Shown here: positions 55,274 to 64,000 of the stretch, one piece after another | Layout: the number at the start of each line of letters is the position of its first letter | Numbering within the stretch: the stretch's first letter is position 1 | From: a bacterium | GTDB taxonomy: Bacteria; Electryoneota; Electryoneia; Electryoneales; Electryoneaceae | Assembly (NCBI GenBank): GCA_963675295.2 | Contig: CAXXKJ010000002.1 | Span: forward strand, 3,072,001 to 3,136,000 | DNA length: 64,000 bases | Direction of reading: 5' to 3' | Notes under the pieces: generated by a model | Told to the model about the DNA's origin: nothing | Database searches by the model: none | Seen by the model: the letters and a program-made list of their open reading frames with translations, nothing else | Position numbers and translations under genes: made by a program

Positions 55274-55705
55274 ATGCTGACCACGGTCGAAAAAGTCATC
55301 TTTCTGCAGGACATTGATGTCTTCCAGAGCATCAGCACGTCCGACCTCGCCTATCTCGCCGCGATCACGGAGGAGATGGAAGCGGACGAGGGCAGCGTGC
55401 TGTTCAAGGAAGGGGACGCGTCCGACTCGATGTTCATGGTGATCGAGGGCACCGTCCGCTTGCTGCGGAACGACGCCGAGGTGATGACCGCCGGGTTCAA
55501 GGACGTGTTCGGCACGTGGGCGCTGTTCGACGACGAACCGCGCATGGTTCGCGCGGAGGTGACGGAACGCGCTCGTCTGCTGCGCATCGACAAGGACGAC
55601 TTCATCGACCTGCTCGCCGATCACGTGCAGATCACCCAGGGTGTGTTCAAGGCGATGGTCGGACGTTTGCGTGGATTGGCCAGCCGTTTCAACAAGCAGG
55701 ACTAG
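55274..55705 (+). CDS. Stand-alone cyclic-nucleotide-binding domain protein
   Basis: VEKVIFLQDIDVF, LFKEGD, MFMVIEGTV, FGTWALFDDEPR. Confidence 0.88.
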   Translation: MLTTVEKVIFLQDIDVFQSISTSDLAYLAAITEEMEADEGSVLFKEGDASDSMFMVIEGTVRLLRNDAEVMTAGFKDVFGTWALFDDEPRMVRAEVTERARLLRIDKDDFIDLLADHVQITQGVFKAMVGRLRGLASRFNKQD

Positions 55706-55854
55706 AGTTTCCCACCTTCCCAGGTTCTCCGTGGAGCGCCCCGCTCCGGGCTCAAAGTTCCGCTCGGGCGATCCTCTTTCCCCTATCTTAGCGTCATTCT
55801 CGTTGATCGTGAACGGGGTGTCTGTACTCCCCCCAGCAGGTGTCGGAGGCTGTG

Positions 55855-56331
55855 ATGAATGAAGAGGAACTGACGATTGTCGTTGTGGACGATGAGGAGA
55901 TGGTGGTCTCCAGCATCGAATCGTTCCTCTCCCTGGAAACGGAATACAACGTCGAAACCTTCACCTCGGCGAAGGATGCGCTGGCGTATATCGAGAAGAA
56001 CGAGATCGATCTCGTGGTCTCGGACTACCTGATGCCGGAGATGAACGGCATCCAGTTCCTCGGCCAGGTTCGCAAGCTGCAGCCGAACACGCCGCGCATC
56101 ATCCTCACCGGTTACGCCGACAAGGAAAACGCGATCAAGGCGATCAACGAGGTCGGCCTGTTCCAGTACATCGAGAAGCCGTGGGAAAATGAGGATCTGC
56201 TGATCATTTTCCGCAACGCGCTGGAGAAGAAACGGTTGATGGAACAGTTGAAGGAAAAAATCGACCAGATCAACAAAGCCTACACCGATTTCAACGATCT
56301 GCAGAAGGAGATCGTGAAGACGTTTATTTGA
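55855..56331 (+). CDS. Response regulator (receiver plus short coiled coil)
   Basis: VVVDDE, SDYLMPEMNG, ILTGYAD, EKPW. Confidence 0.9.
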   Translation: MNEEELTIVVVDDEEMVVSSIESFLSLETEYNVETFTSAKDALAYIEKNEIDLVVSDYLMPEMNGIQFLGQVRKLQPNTPRIILTGYADKENAIKAINEVGLFQYIEKPWENEDLLIIFRNALEKKRLMEQLKEKIDQINKAYTDFNDLQKEIVKTFI

Positions 56332-56584
56332 AAGCCATTAAGGGGCACTCCTGCTCTGGTATCATCGCGTGCGTACTTCACCGATCCCATACGATCCTTT
56401 AATGCGGGCAAGAAATTGTCTATGACTATTATTCTCAATTGTTTCATTGTATATTTCCTCTAAGAGCCTAGTTAGGTATACTTATCTGTTACCCCCCCCC
56501 CCATGACTCGCTCATTATATATGCATCTATTAGACATCCATGCACGGCGGGTGCGTGGAAATACTAGTAGAGGGGGAAAATCTC

Positions 56585-56986
56585 ATGAGAACCAGAACTC
56601 TGTTATGTTTTGTCGTTTTACTGAGTGTTTGTCTTGCTGCCGGTATCTCAATTGCTACCAGTTGGGATGATACATTGACCCCAGAATTCGGAAATAATTA
56701 CACTGAATATGTGGTCGCTGGGAATGCCGGTCAATGTTACGGATACGGTCTGATTGACTGCGACACTGATTGTCCATCATATGGCGAAATTCACCATCAG
56801 ATTCTTATCTACGAGGGAGGAGCTATCTTTTTGTTGGCTGACGATATGGCGGAGGAAGATGTTATTGACGACTCGCAACTTTGCAGCCTCTTTACAAGTG
56901 CCACTTTGTCATTCCATATGAACGATGTTGAAAATGCAGAATTTACTGGAAGTTCTTATTTTCTGTTTCAGTTACCTGCTGAGTAG
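56585..56986 (+). CDS. Small exported Cys-containing hypothetical protein
   Basis: GAGGGGG RBS, signal peptide MRTRTLLCFVVLLSVCLAAGISIA; AT-rich; no family recognised. Confidence 0.6.
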   Translation: MRTRTLLCFVVLLSVCLAAGISIATSWDDTLTPEFGNNYTEYVVAGNAGQCYGYGLIDCDTDCPSYGEIHHQILIYEGGAIFLLADDMAEEDVIDDSQLCSLFTSATLSFHMNDVENAEFTGSSYFLFQLPAE

Positions 56987-57003
56987 GTTCTAGAGAAATT
57001 CAA

Positions 57004-57040
57004 TAGAAGTAGATAGGATCTTTGATTCTATCTACTTCTA
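57004..57040. terminator. AT-rich hairpin between the two islet genes
   Basis: tagaagtagatagga..ttctatctacttcta; no clear U tract. Confidence 0.45.
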
Positions 57041-57089
57041 CTCTCTCTATTAGTTTCTAACCCAAATATAAGCCATACTGGAGATAAAC

Positions 57090-59069
57090 ATGTTTAGAAG
57101 CAGTTGTTTGTTCAGGTTTGTTTACTTTTTAATATTAATATCCATTGCTGAAAGCAATGCAGATATTATTCACGTACCTGCTGAATACTCACTTATTCAA
57201 GATGCTTTTAATTTCTCTACGGAGGGTGATACTGTATTGCTTGCTCCAGGCTATTATGAGGAGTCTGTCGTCCTTTCCAATCACGGAATCACATTGGCAA
57301 GCAATTTTATATTTAATAACGATACCACGACAGTTCAACATACAATTATGACTTCCGTTGAAGGTCACAGGACAATCACCATTGACACAACTGTAACTAC
57401 GAGTTTTACAGCTATCGGTTTATCATTTTTAAATAGCAATTTCGTAACTGAACTCTCAGTTGGTAGTGTACTGTATGCGGATACAATTACTGTAAATATT
57501 AATAATTGCATTGTTTCAAATAATATTGCTTATTTCAGTGCTATTCACACTAATTATAGTGATTTATATCTTTATAACAACTTGTTTTCTTTTAATACTG
57601 CACTATGGGCTGGAGGAGCTGTCAGCGTAAATCATGGCCATATTCATTTTGAGAATAATAGATTTATTAATAATATCAGCGAGGATTATGCAGGTGCAAT
57701 ATCTACAATAAGCATTTCAGGCGAAATTATTAACAATATTTTTGATAGTAATTACGCACCTTGGGTTGGAGGTGCAATACATGTTGGTTCACCAAGTGAT
57801 TATCCTGAAACAGAAAGTCTTACTATTTTTAATAATTTATTTAGGGATAATACGGCTTCACAAGGAGGTGCTTTGAATTTTTCCTGGATGGATGAGCTAG
57901 ATATTTATGATAATATATTTGTAAATAACGTTGCGTGGGATATTTCACAGCCATCAATTGGTGGCGCGATGTTCATAGGTGCAGGAGGTGTTCATGTGGA
58001 TATTCATGATAACGAATTTTATCATAACTCATCTCTAATGGAGGGTGCTGTTACAATATTTATGTCATCTGCTGACTTTCATGATAATTTACTCTTTAGA
58101 AATCGTGGTGATATTAAATACGTACTGGGAACAATAAATACGGACAGTATTAGTGTTATTATACATGATAATTTGATATTTGAATCTTCAAGGATCAATC
58201 CGGACTATCCGTATGATAGAGGAGCTGTATCAGCCGATCCAGGAGCCAATATGGATGTTTACCACAATGATTTTATTGGAAATCAAGGCTATGCAGCAGG
58301 AAGAAATCCAGTTTGGGATGTTGATTTGGACGTTCTGAACAACTATTGGGGTGATCCGACAGGCCCATATCATGAAACGCAAAATCCCTTGGGAATGGGT
58401 GACACAGTCATGTCTGTACTTGATGTCATTCCATTTTCGATTTCCCCATTTACAACTCGCTGGCTGCATGCACCTCAGCCGCTTGAACTGGTACTGCCTG
58501 TCGAGGGCGACTTCCTTAGCGAGGACACGGTAACGTTCCTCTGGCACACAGCTCCTGATTCCACACCTCACGACACACTTCGTTATACACTAATAATATC
58601 TGATTCACCGGAATTTACCACGGTCACGTTCATTGACACGGATACAGATACAGCAACAACTGTCACCGGACTCAATTGGGAATACTCCTACTATTGGCGA
58701 GTTGAGGCACGCGATATTTACGACCTGCGGACGTATTCCACTGAGACACGTTCGTTCATGCTGACAGAGGTTCCCGAGCCTCAAACCGCCGGTCTACCCA
58801 GAGAATGGGCGATTGACCACATCTATCCGAATCCGTTCAACCGCATGACACAAATTGTTCTCTCTGTCCCAGGAGCGGCTACATCGATTCCGGTCCAGGT
58901 CGACATATTTGATTTGCAGGGACGGTTGGTTGATACCCTGCACGGCGGTGTGTTGGCTGCTGGACAACGGCGTTTGTTATGGCAACCAAAGAGCGCTGCA
59001 GGGATGTATTTCATCCGTGTAACCGCCGGAAACTGGCAGGCAATGAGGAAAGTTGTTTACCTCAAGTAA
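57090..59069 (+). CDS. Secreted right-handed parallel beta-helix (pectin-lyase-like) protein with Fn3-like domain and C-terminal sorting domain
   Basis: IIHVPAEYSLIQDA..GDTVLLAPGYY, repeated NxF..NxA..GGA, NNYWGDPTGP, YYWRVEARD, IYPNPFN..GMYFIRV..KVVYLK. Confidence 0.82.
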   Translation: MFRSSCLFRFVYFLILISIAESNADIIHVPAEYSLIQDAFNFSTEGDTVLLAPGYYEESVVLSNHGITLASNFIFNNDTTTVQHTIMTSVEGHRTITIDTTVTTSFTAIGLSFLNSNFVTELSVGSVLYADTITVNINNCIVSNNIAYFSAIHTNYSDLYLYNNLFSFNTALWAGGAVSVNHGHIHFENNRFINNISEDYAGAISTISISGEIINNIFDSNYAPWVGGAIHVGSPSDYPETESLTIFNNLFRDNTASQGGALNFSWMDELDIYDNIFVNNVAWDISQPSIGGAMFIGAGGVHVDIHDNEFYHNSSLMEGAVTIFMSSADFHDNLLFRNRGDIKYVLGTINTDSISVIIHDNLIFESSRINPDYPYDRGAVSADPGANMDVYHNDFIGNQGYAAGRNPVWDVDLDVLNNYWGDPTGPYHETQNPLGMGDTVMSVLDVIPFSISPFTTRWLHAPQPLELVLPVEGDFLSEDTVTFLWHTAPDSTPHDTLRYTLIISDSPEFTTVTFIDTDTDTATTVTGLNWEYSYYWRVEARDIYDLRTYSTETRSFMLTEVPEPQTAGLPREWAIDHIYPNPFNRMTQIVLSVPGAATSIPVQVDIFDLQGRLVDTLHGGVLAAGQRRLLWQPKSAAGMYFIRVTAGNWQAMRKVVYLK

Positions 59070-59179
59070 CGCCTGCCAGTCCAACCTCGTTTGATCATGA
59101 ACACTCTGCTTGTTTTCATGAGTCTTTTTGGCCAGTTCATTCGCCTCCGGTGATGATTCTCAAATCCTGGAAACAGACG

Positions 59180-59340
59180 AATCGGGGACACTTACTCCGT
59201 TAAGTGTCCCCGATTAATCTAGTACACACTGTGTATCTATTCCTGCCTTTTCCTGCCTTTTCCTGTCTTTTCCTGTCTTTTACTGTCTTTTAATTTCTCT
59301 TACTTCGTACTTCCTTTCGACTTTGTACTCCAGTACTTCC
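59180..59340. repeat. GGGGACAC palindrome, 10-nt tandem (TCCTGYCTTT)5 and TACTTCN units
   Basis: aatcggggacactta-ctccgt-taagtgtccccgatt (59180-59215); decamers at 59241-59290; tacttcg tacttcc also seen at about 10826-10840. Confidence 0.85.
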
Positions 59341-62300
59341 CTACCCCATCACCCGCTTCAGTTCCCCCACCCGCGTCTTGTCATACTTCAGCCGGAAGAA
59401 AAGCGAATAGAGGATCGGGACAACTCCCAGCGTGAGCACGGTCGAGAAGATCAGGCCGAACATGATCGCGATCGCCATGCTTTCCCACATCGGCCCGCCG
59501 CCGAGGTACAGCGGAATCATCCCGCCGATGGTCGTCGCGGTGGTCATCAGGATCGGCCGCAGCCGCCGTTGCGACGCCTCGATCACCGCCTGGTGCGGTT
59601 CGACACCATTCTCTTCGATGTCGAGCTTGATCCGGTCGAGCAGCACGATCGCGTTGTTGATCACAATGCCAACGAGCGCGATGATCCCGAGGAAGGTCAT
59701 GAAGCCCATCACGCCATTCATGATGAACAGGCCGACGAACACGCCGATGATCGCAAGCGGAACGGTGATCAGAATGATGATCGGCCGGCGCAGGCTGTTG
59801 AATTGCGCGACGAGCAGCAGGATGATAATCCCCAGCGCCAGTGGCAGTTTCGCCATGATCGCCTGCTGCGATTCCACCGACGATTCCAGCTCACCACCGA
59901 ACTCGTAGTTGTAGCCAATTGGCCAGTTGTTCTTCTGCTCCGCCAGCCATGGCTGCACGGCATTGACAACGTCCATCGCGTAGACACCGTCCGCCGTGTA
60001 GCACGACACGGTCACCGACTTCTGCCGATCGCGGCGGAGGATTTTCGACGGTTCCCAGACAACGCTGAGATCCGCGACCTGCTTCAATGGCACGGTACGG
60101 CCGGTGGATTGCGAAAAGACGTCCAGCGTTTCCAGCTTGCGGAAGTCGTCACGGTCGGCCGCTTCTGCGCGCAGGATCACCGGGATGACGTCTTCGTCCT
60201 CGCGGAATTCGCTGGCGGTGATCCCGGCGAGGCTGGATTGCAGGCTGACTGCAATGTCCATGCTCGACACACCCGCCATGCGTGCGCGTGGCTGGTCAAC
60301 GTCGACCACCAGCTTCTTAACCCGTGGCCCCCAATTGTCGGCGATGTTTTTCGTGCCGGGAATGGCAGCGAGCTGTTCCTTCATTCCGTCGACGATGGTG
60401 AACAGTTCGTCGGCGTCCTCACCGCTGAGCCGGATCTGCACCGGCGCGGTCACCGGCGGCCCGAGGTCGAGCGGGATCACCTTAATGTCGAGGTCGGGGT
60501 AGCGATCCCAGAGGAAGCGTTCCATGCGTGGCATGATCACGTCCGCCGCCGCGCGGCTGGTGGTATTGATCAGGATGCGCGCCAGTTCTTCCTTTTCCGG
60601 CTGCACGTCCGCCGCGAGCGTGAAGCGCGGGCTGCCGCGTCCGATCCAGCTCGACCAGTTGAGGATTCCTTCAGGGTGGTTGTCGTCCACGAGGAAACTG
60701 TCGGCGAGGAAGGTTTCGAGATCGGCGACCATCGCGTCTGTTTCATCAATCATGGTGCCGACGGGGAATTCCATCGTCGCGCGAATGAACGCACGGTCAG
60801 ACGCCGGGAAGAACAAGCCCGGGATCAGCTTGCCGAGCTGCATCGCGCCGACGAACATCAGCACGACCACGCCAATCGACACCCAGCGTTTGTTCAGGAT
60901 GGTGATCAGGAATCCACGGTACCAACTGTAGAAACGGGTGTTGTAGGTGGATGCTTCGTCGCCGCTGGTCTTCTTCACCTTCATCACCAGCACCGCGAGC
61001 ATCGGGATCATCGTCAGCGACAGCACCCAGGACGACAGCAACGCGATGGTGACGACACGGAACAGGTCGGCGGTGTATTCGCCGGTGGAGGATTCCGCCA
61101 GCGCAATCGGCAGGAAGGCGGCGGCGGTTGTCAGCGACGAGGTCAGCAAAGGCACCCGTAACTCTTTTGCGGAATCGACTGCGGCGTCAACCTTTGACTT
61201 GCCTTCCTGCAGCGAGACGAGAATGCTTTCCGACATCACGATGGCGTTATCCACCAGCATCCCGAGTGCGATGATCAACGCGGCGAGGGAGATGGTGTTG
61301 ATTGTAATGCTGAACACGTCCATCAGCACCAGCGACATCAGCATCGTCATCGGGATCAGCGTGGCGACAATCATCCCGGTTCGCAACCCGAGGAAGATCA
61401 GCATCACGACGACAACGATCACGATGGCCTGCAACAGGTTGCTGACGAAATCGTTGACCGAATCCTCGACGACTTGCGGCTGGAAGTAGAGTTCTTCGAA
61501 TTCGATGCCGATGGGATAAATTTGCTGCAGCCGGGCGACGGTTGCGCGCACATCCTCGCCGAGCGTGATGATGTTGCCACCGTCCCGCATCGACACGCCC
61601 AGCCCGAGGCACGATTCGCCGGTCGCACGCATCTTCGATTCGACCGGGTCGACGTATCCTCGTTCGACGGTCGCGATGTCTTCCAGGTACAGCAGCTCCG
61701 GGCTGCCGGGGATCGAGATCACGGTTTTCCGCAACTCATCCACGCTCTCAAAGTTGCCAGTCGGCTCGAGGGCGATTCGTTCCTGGCCGGTGGTGATATT
61801 CCCGCCCGGGAACAGGATGTTCTGCGACTCGAGGATGTTGCTCAGCTGCGACGGGCTGAGGCCCAGCTGCGCGAGCCGGGCGTTATTGTATTCGACGAAG
61901 ATTCGCTCTTCCTGCGCGCCGTAGATCTCGACCTTGGCGACATCCGGCAGGCGTAGGAATTCCTCACGCACCTGATCCGCGACTTCTTTCAACTCGGCGT
62001 AGCTGTAGCCCTCCCCCGTGAGGCCGTAAATGACACCGAACACGTCGCCGAATTCATCATTGACCATCGGGCCGATGACGTTCGACGGCAGTTCTGACCT
62101 GATCGCTTCGACCTTGCGGCGCAGGTTGTCCCAGATCGGCTGCATCACCTTCTCACTCTCCTTGATCTCGACATAAACGAGGGAGAGTCCGGTCTGGGAT
62201 TCGCTGGTGACGAACCGGAGTTCCGGGATTTGCTGCACAGCGGATTCAATCGGGTCGGTGACTAGGCTTTCGACACGTTCCGGGCTCGCGCCGGGCAGCA

Positions 62301-62448
62301 CGGTGGTGACCACGGCGATCCGGATAATGAAGCCCGGGTCTTCCCGTTGCGGCAGGTTGAAAAAGGCCGAGATACCGGCACCGATGATCAACAGCAGTAC
62401 GACCGCGGTGATCCGGTTCTTCTCGATAGCCATTTGGGTGATCGACAT
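59341..62448 (-). CDS. RND efflux permease (AcrB/AcrD/AcrF family)
   Basis: LPQREDP, PGASPERVE, LGMLVDNAIV, GIVINNAIVL, RLRPILMTT. Confidence 0.95.
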   Translation of the reverse strand: MSITQMAIEKNRITAVVLLLIIGAGISAFFNLPQREDPGFIIRIAVVTTVLPGASPERVESLVTDPIESAVQQIPELRFVTSESQTGLSLVYVEIKESEKVMQPIWDNLRRKVEAIRSELPSNVIGPMVNDEFGDVFGVIYGLTGEGYSYAELKEVADQVREEFLRLPDVAKVEIYGAQEERIFVEYNNARLAQLGLSPSQLSNILESQNILFPGGNITTGQERIALEPTGNFESVDELRKTVISIPGSPELLYLEDIATVERGYVDPVESKMRATGESCLGLGVSMRDGGNIITLGEDVRATVARLQQIYPIGIEFEELYFQPQVVEDSVNDFVSNLLQAIVIVVVVMLIFLGLRTGMIVATLIPMTMLMSLVLMDVFSITINTISLAALIIALGMLVDNAIVMSESILVSLQEGKSKVDAAVDSAKELRVPLLTSSLTTAAAFLPIALAESSTGEYTADLFRVVTIALLSSWVLSLTMIPMLAVLVMKVKKTSGDEASTYNTRFYSWYRGFLITILNKRWVSIGVVVLMFVGAMQLGKLIPGLFFPASDRAFIRATMEFPVGTMIDETDAMVADLETFLADSFLVDDNHPEGILNWSSWIGRGSPRFTLAADVQPEKEELARILINTTSRAAADVIMPRMERFLWDRYPDLDIKVIPLDLGPPVTAPVQIRLSGEDADELFTIVDGMKEQLAAIPGTKNIADNWGPRVKKLVVDVDQPRARMAGVSSMDIAVSLQSSLAGITASEFREDEDVIPVILRAEAADRDDFRKLETLDVFSQSTGRTVPLKQVADLSVVWEPSKILRRDRQKSVTVSCYTADGVYAMDVVNAVQPWLAEQKNNWPIGYNYEFGGELESSVESQQAIMAKLPLALGIIILLLVAQFNSLRRPIIILITVPLAIIGVFVGLFIMNGVMGFMTFLGIIALVGIVINNAIVLLDRIKLDIEENGVEPHQAVIEASQRRLRPILMTTATTIGGMIPLYLGGGPMWESMAIAIMFGLIFSTVLTLGVVPILYSLFFRLKYDKTRVGELKRVMG

Positions 62449-62463
62449 GATGCGGCTCCCCGG

Positions 62464-63558
62464 TTACAGCAATTTGACGCGTTGGCCATCGACGATTTTG
62501 CTCACTCCGGCGGTGACGACGAGTTCGCCTTCCAGCACGCCCTCGAGGATCTCCAGCCCTTCCGGCGTCAACTCACCGACTCGGATCGCCCGCCGCCGCG
62601 TGACACCGACCCCCTCCTCTTTGGCGGGTTCGACGACGAAGACGTAGCGACCGGTGTGATCCTCGCCGACAGCGTGCGGCGGCACCACGATGTGTTCGAC
62701 CGTCGCCGCGGTTTCGAAGCGGAAGGACACCTCCGCCGCCATGCCTGGCCGGATATCGTCCTGATCGCGATTCAGCTGCACCGTGACCGGGAACGTGGTC
62801 GCGAAGCCGGTTGAGGAAACGCCGACCTCGGTGACGGTGGCGTCAAATGTCTGGTCGGGCATGGACGGAAAGGTGACCGTCGCCGGGCTGCCCTGCTTGA
62901 CCTGGGTGATCAGCACCTCAGGAACCGACACAGCGACTTCCGGCTTACCGCCGGAAGTCATGTCGACCACTCGCTGTCCGGGGCTGACATTCTCATTCAC
63001 GTCCACGAACACCGCGGCGATGTTGCCGTCACTCTGGGCGATCAATCGGGTGTACTGTACCTGCAGTTCGGCCAACTCCAGGCGTTGCTCGATGGACCGC
63101 ACCTGTGCCTGCGCGGACTCGTACCCGGCCTGGGCCTGATCCAGTTGCGACTTGGACGCGTTGTTGTTCTCATACAGCGCCATCGTGCGTTCGTAGCTGG
63201 CGTTCGCATTGCGCAATTGGGCCTGCGCCTGGGACAACGCCGCCCGCGCCTCTTCCGCCTGCAGGTTGTAATCGTTGGGATCGAGAGTGGCAATAACCTG
63301 CCCGCGCCGGACTTTGTCGCCGACGTTGACATTCACCCGCTGTACCGTACCTGCCACCTTGAAGCTGAGCGTCGACTCGACACCCGGCTGGGCGATGCCG
63401 GAGAAGGTGCGCACCCGGCTGCCGCCGGTGAGCAGGGCTTTCTCATAGCGCACAGGTCGCAGCGGCGCTTCGGTTACCGCCTCTTCCTTGCCGCAGGAAA
63501 CCAGCAGCAGGGCGGCACACGCTGCGAAGATCAGGTTTCGAGTGAGTGATCGGGGCAT
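62464..63558 (-). CDS. RND efflux periplasmic adaptor (MFP) lipoprotein
   Basis: Lipobox LVSC; LSFKVAG, VGDKVRRGQ, coiled hairpin, IRPGMAA. Confidence 0.93.
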   Translation of the reverse strand: MPRSLTRNLIFAACAALLLVSCGKEEAVTEAPLRPVRYEKALLTGGSRVRTFSGIAQPGVESTLSFKVAGTVQRVNVNVGDKVRRGQVIATLDPNDYNLQAEEARAALSQAQAQLRNANASYERTMALYENNNASKSQLDQAQAGYESAQAQVRSIEQRLELAELQVQYTRLIAQSDGNIAAVFVDVNENVSPGQRVVDMTSGGKPEVAVSVPEVLITQVKQGSPATVTFPSMPDQTFDATVTEVGVSSTGFATTFPVTVQLNRDQDDIRPGMAAEVSFRFETAATVEHIVVPPHAVGEDHTGRYVFVVEPAKEEGVGVTRRRAIRVGELTPEGLEILEGVLEGELVVTAGVSKIVDGQRVKLL

Positions 63559-63640
63559 GCCACACCTCTTTTGTCTATGCCTTCGTGCCCTCGGAGAGAG
63601 CGGCTGTTTTTCAATGAATTGTGCTTGATTGCTGCTTGAC

Positions 63641-64000
63641 TCAGTCGCTTCCGACCGGTGTGCCGGATTCGTTGAAGTAGTCGAGCAGTTGCCGCACGAT
63701 CGTGTCCCGTTCGTCCATATCGGTCAGGTAGATGATCGTGCCGAAACTGTTCTGCGCGTCGAAGTAGTCGATCAGGAACGTGTAGACCGCGTCCGCTGCG
63801 GCGAGATCCGCCGACCGGGACGCATTCTGCGCGTCGAGCAGGTCGATAATGGATACAGCACCTTGGGCGTATGCATCCTGCACCACATCGAGGCTCTTGT
63901 GCGCAGCTTCGGCGGCGTCCCGGGCGAGTTCGATGCTCGCGTACGACGCCCCCGACCGGTGCAGCGCGGTACGGATCTGCTGCTCAATCCCTTCCGCCAA
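63641..64000 (-). CDS. TolC-family outer-membrane efflux protein, C-terminal part (partial)
   Basis: YAQGAVSIIDLLDAQ motif; upstream of the MFP and RND genes. Confidence 0.8.
   Translation of the reverse strand: MAEGIEQQIRTALHRSGASYASIELARDAAEAAHKSLDVVQDAYAQGAVSIIDLLDAQNASRSADLAAADAVYTFLIDYFDAQNSFGTIIYLTDMDERDTIVRQLLDYFNESGTPVGSD

Overview
A GC-rich bacterial chromosomal segment. Secreted proteins ending in YPNPFN-type C-terminal sorting domains, Omp85 proteins and an OadG-like subunit suggest an FCB-superphylum lineage; this is inference only. The left half is mostly housekeeping: two tandem C10-peptidase/FG-GAP surface proteins, a Na+-pumping methylmalonyl-CoA decarboxylase operon interrupted by a lipoprotein gene, SodC, beta-carbonic anhydrase, MutS2, an M23 peptidase, ValS, a hicBA cassette bracketed by a duplicated valS 3' end, RecG, a choice-of-anchor-I protein, a metallopeptidase/beta-propeller/Omp85 protein and two glycosyltransferases. 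The right half has a sigma54 activator with a divergent NifX-family gene and a porin/PBP/histidine-kinase block. It also holds the most interesting locus (44730-55705): a POTRA-less Omp85 barrel, an exported atypical kinase-like protein, a lipoprotein metallophosphoesterase, two NTT-family (ATP/ADP translocase-like) transporters (one HEAT-fused), two paralogous beta-barrels and a cNMP-binding protein. This may be an extracytoplasmic ATP-supply and phosphorylation system. An AT-rich islet and an RND efflux operon end the window. Intergenic DNA is packed with polarised heptamer tandem arrays and at least four palindromic REP-like families. No rRNA, tRNA, CRISPR array or transposase was recognised.
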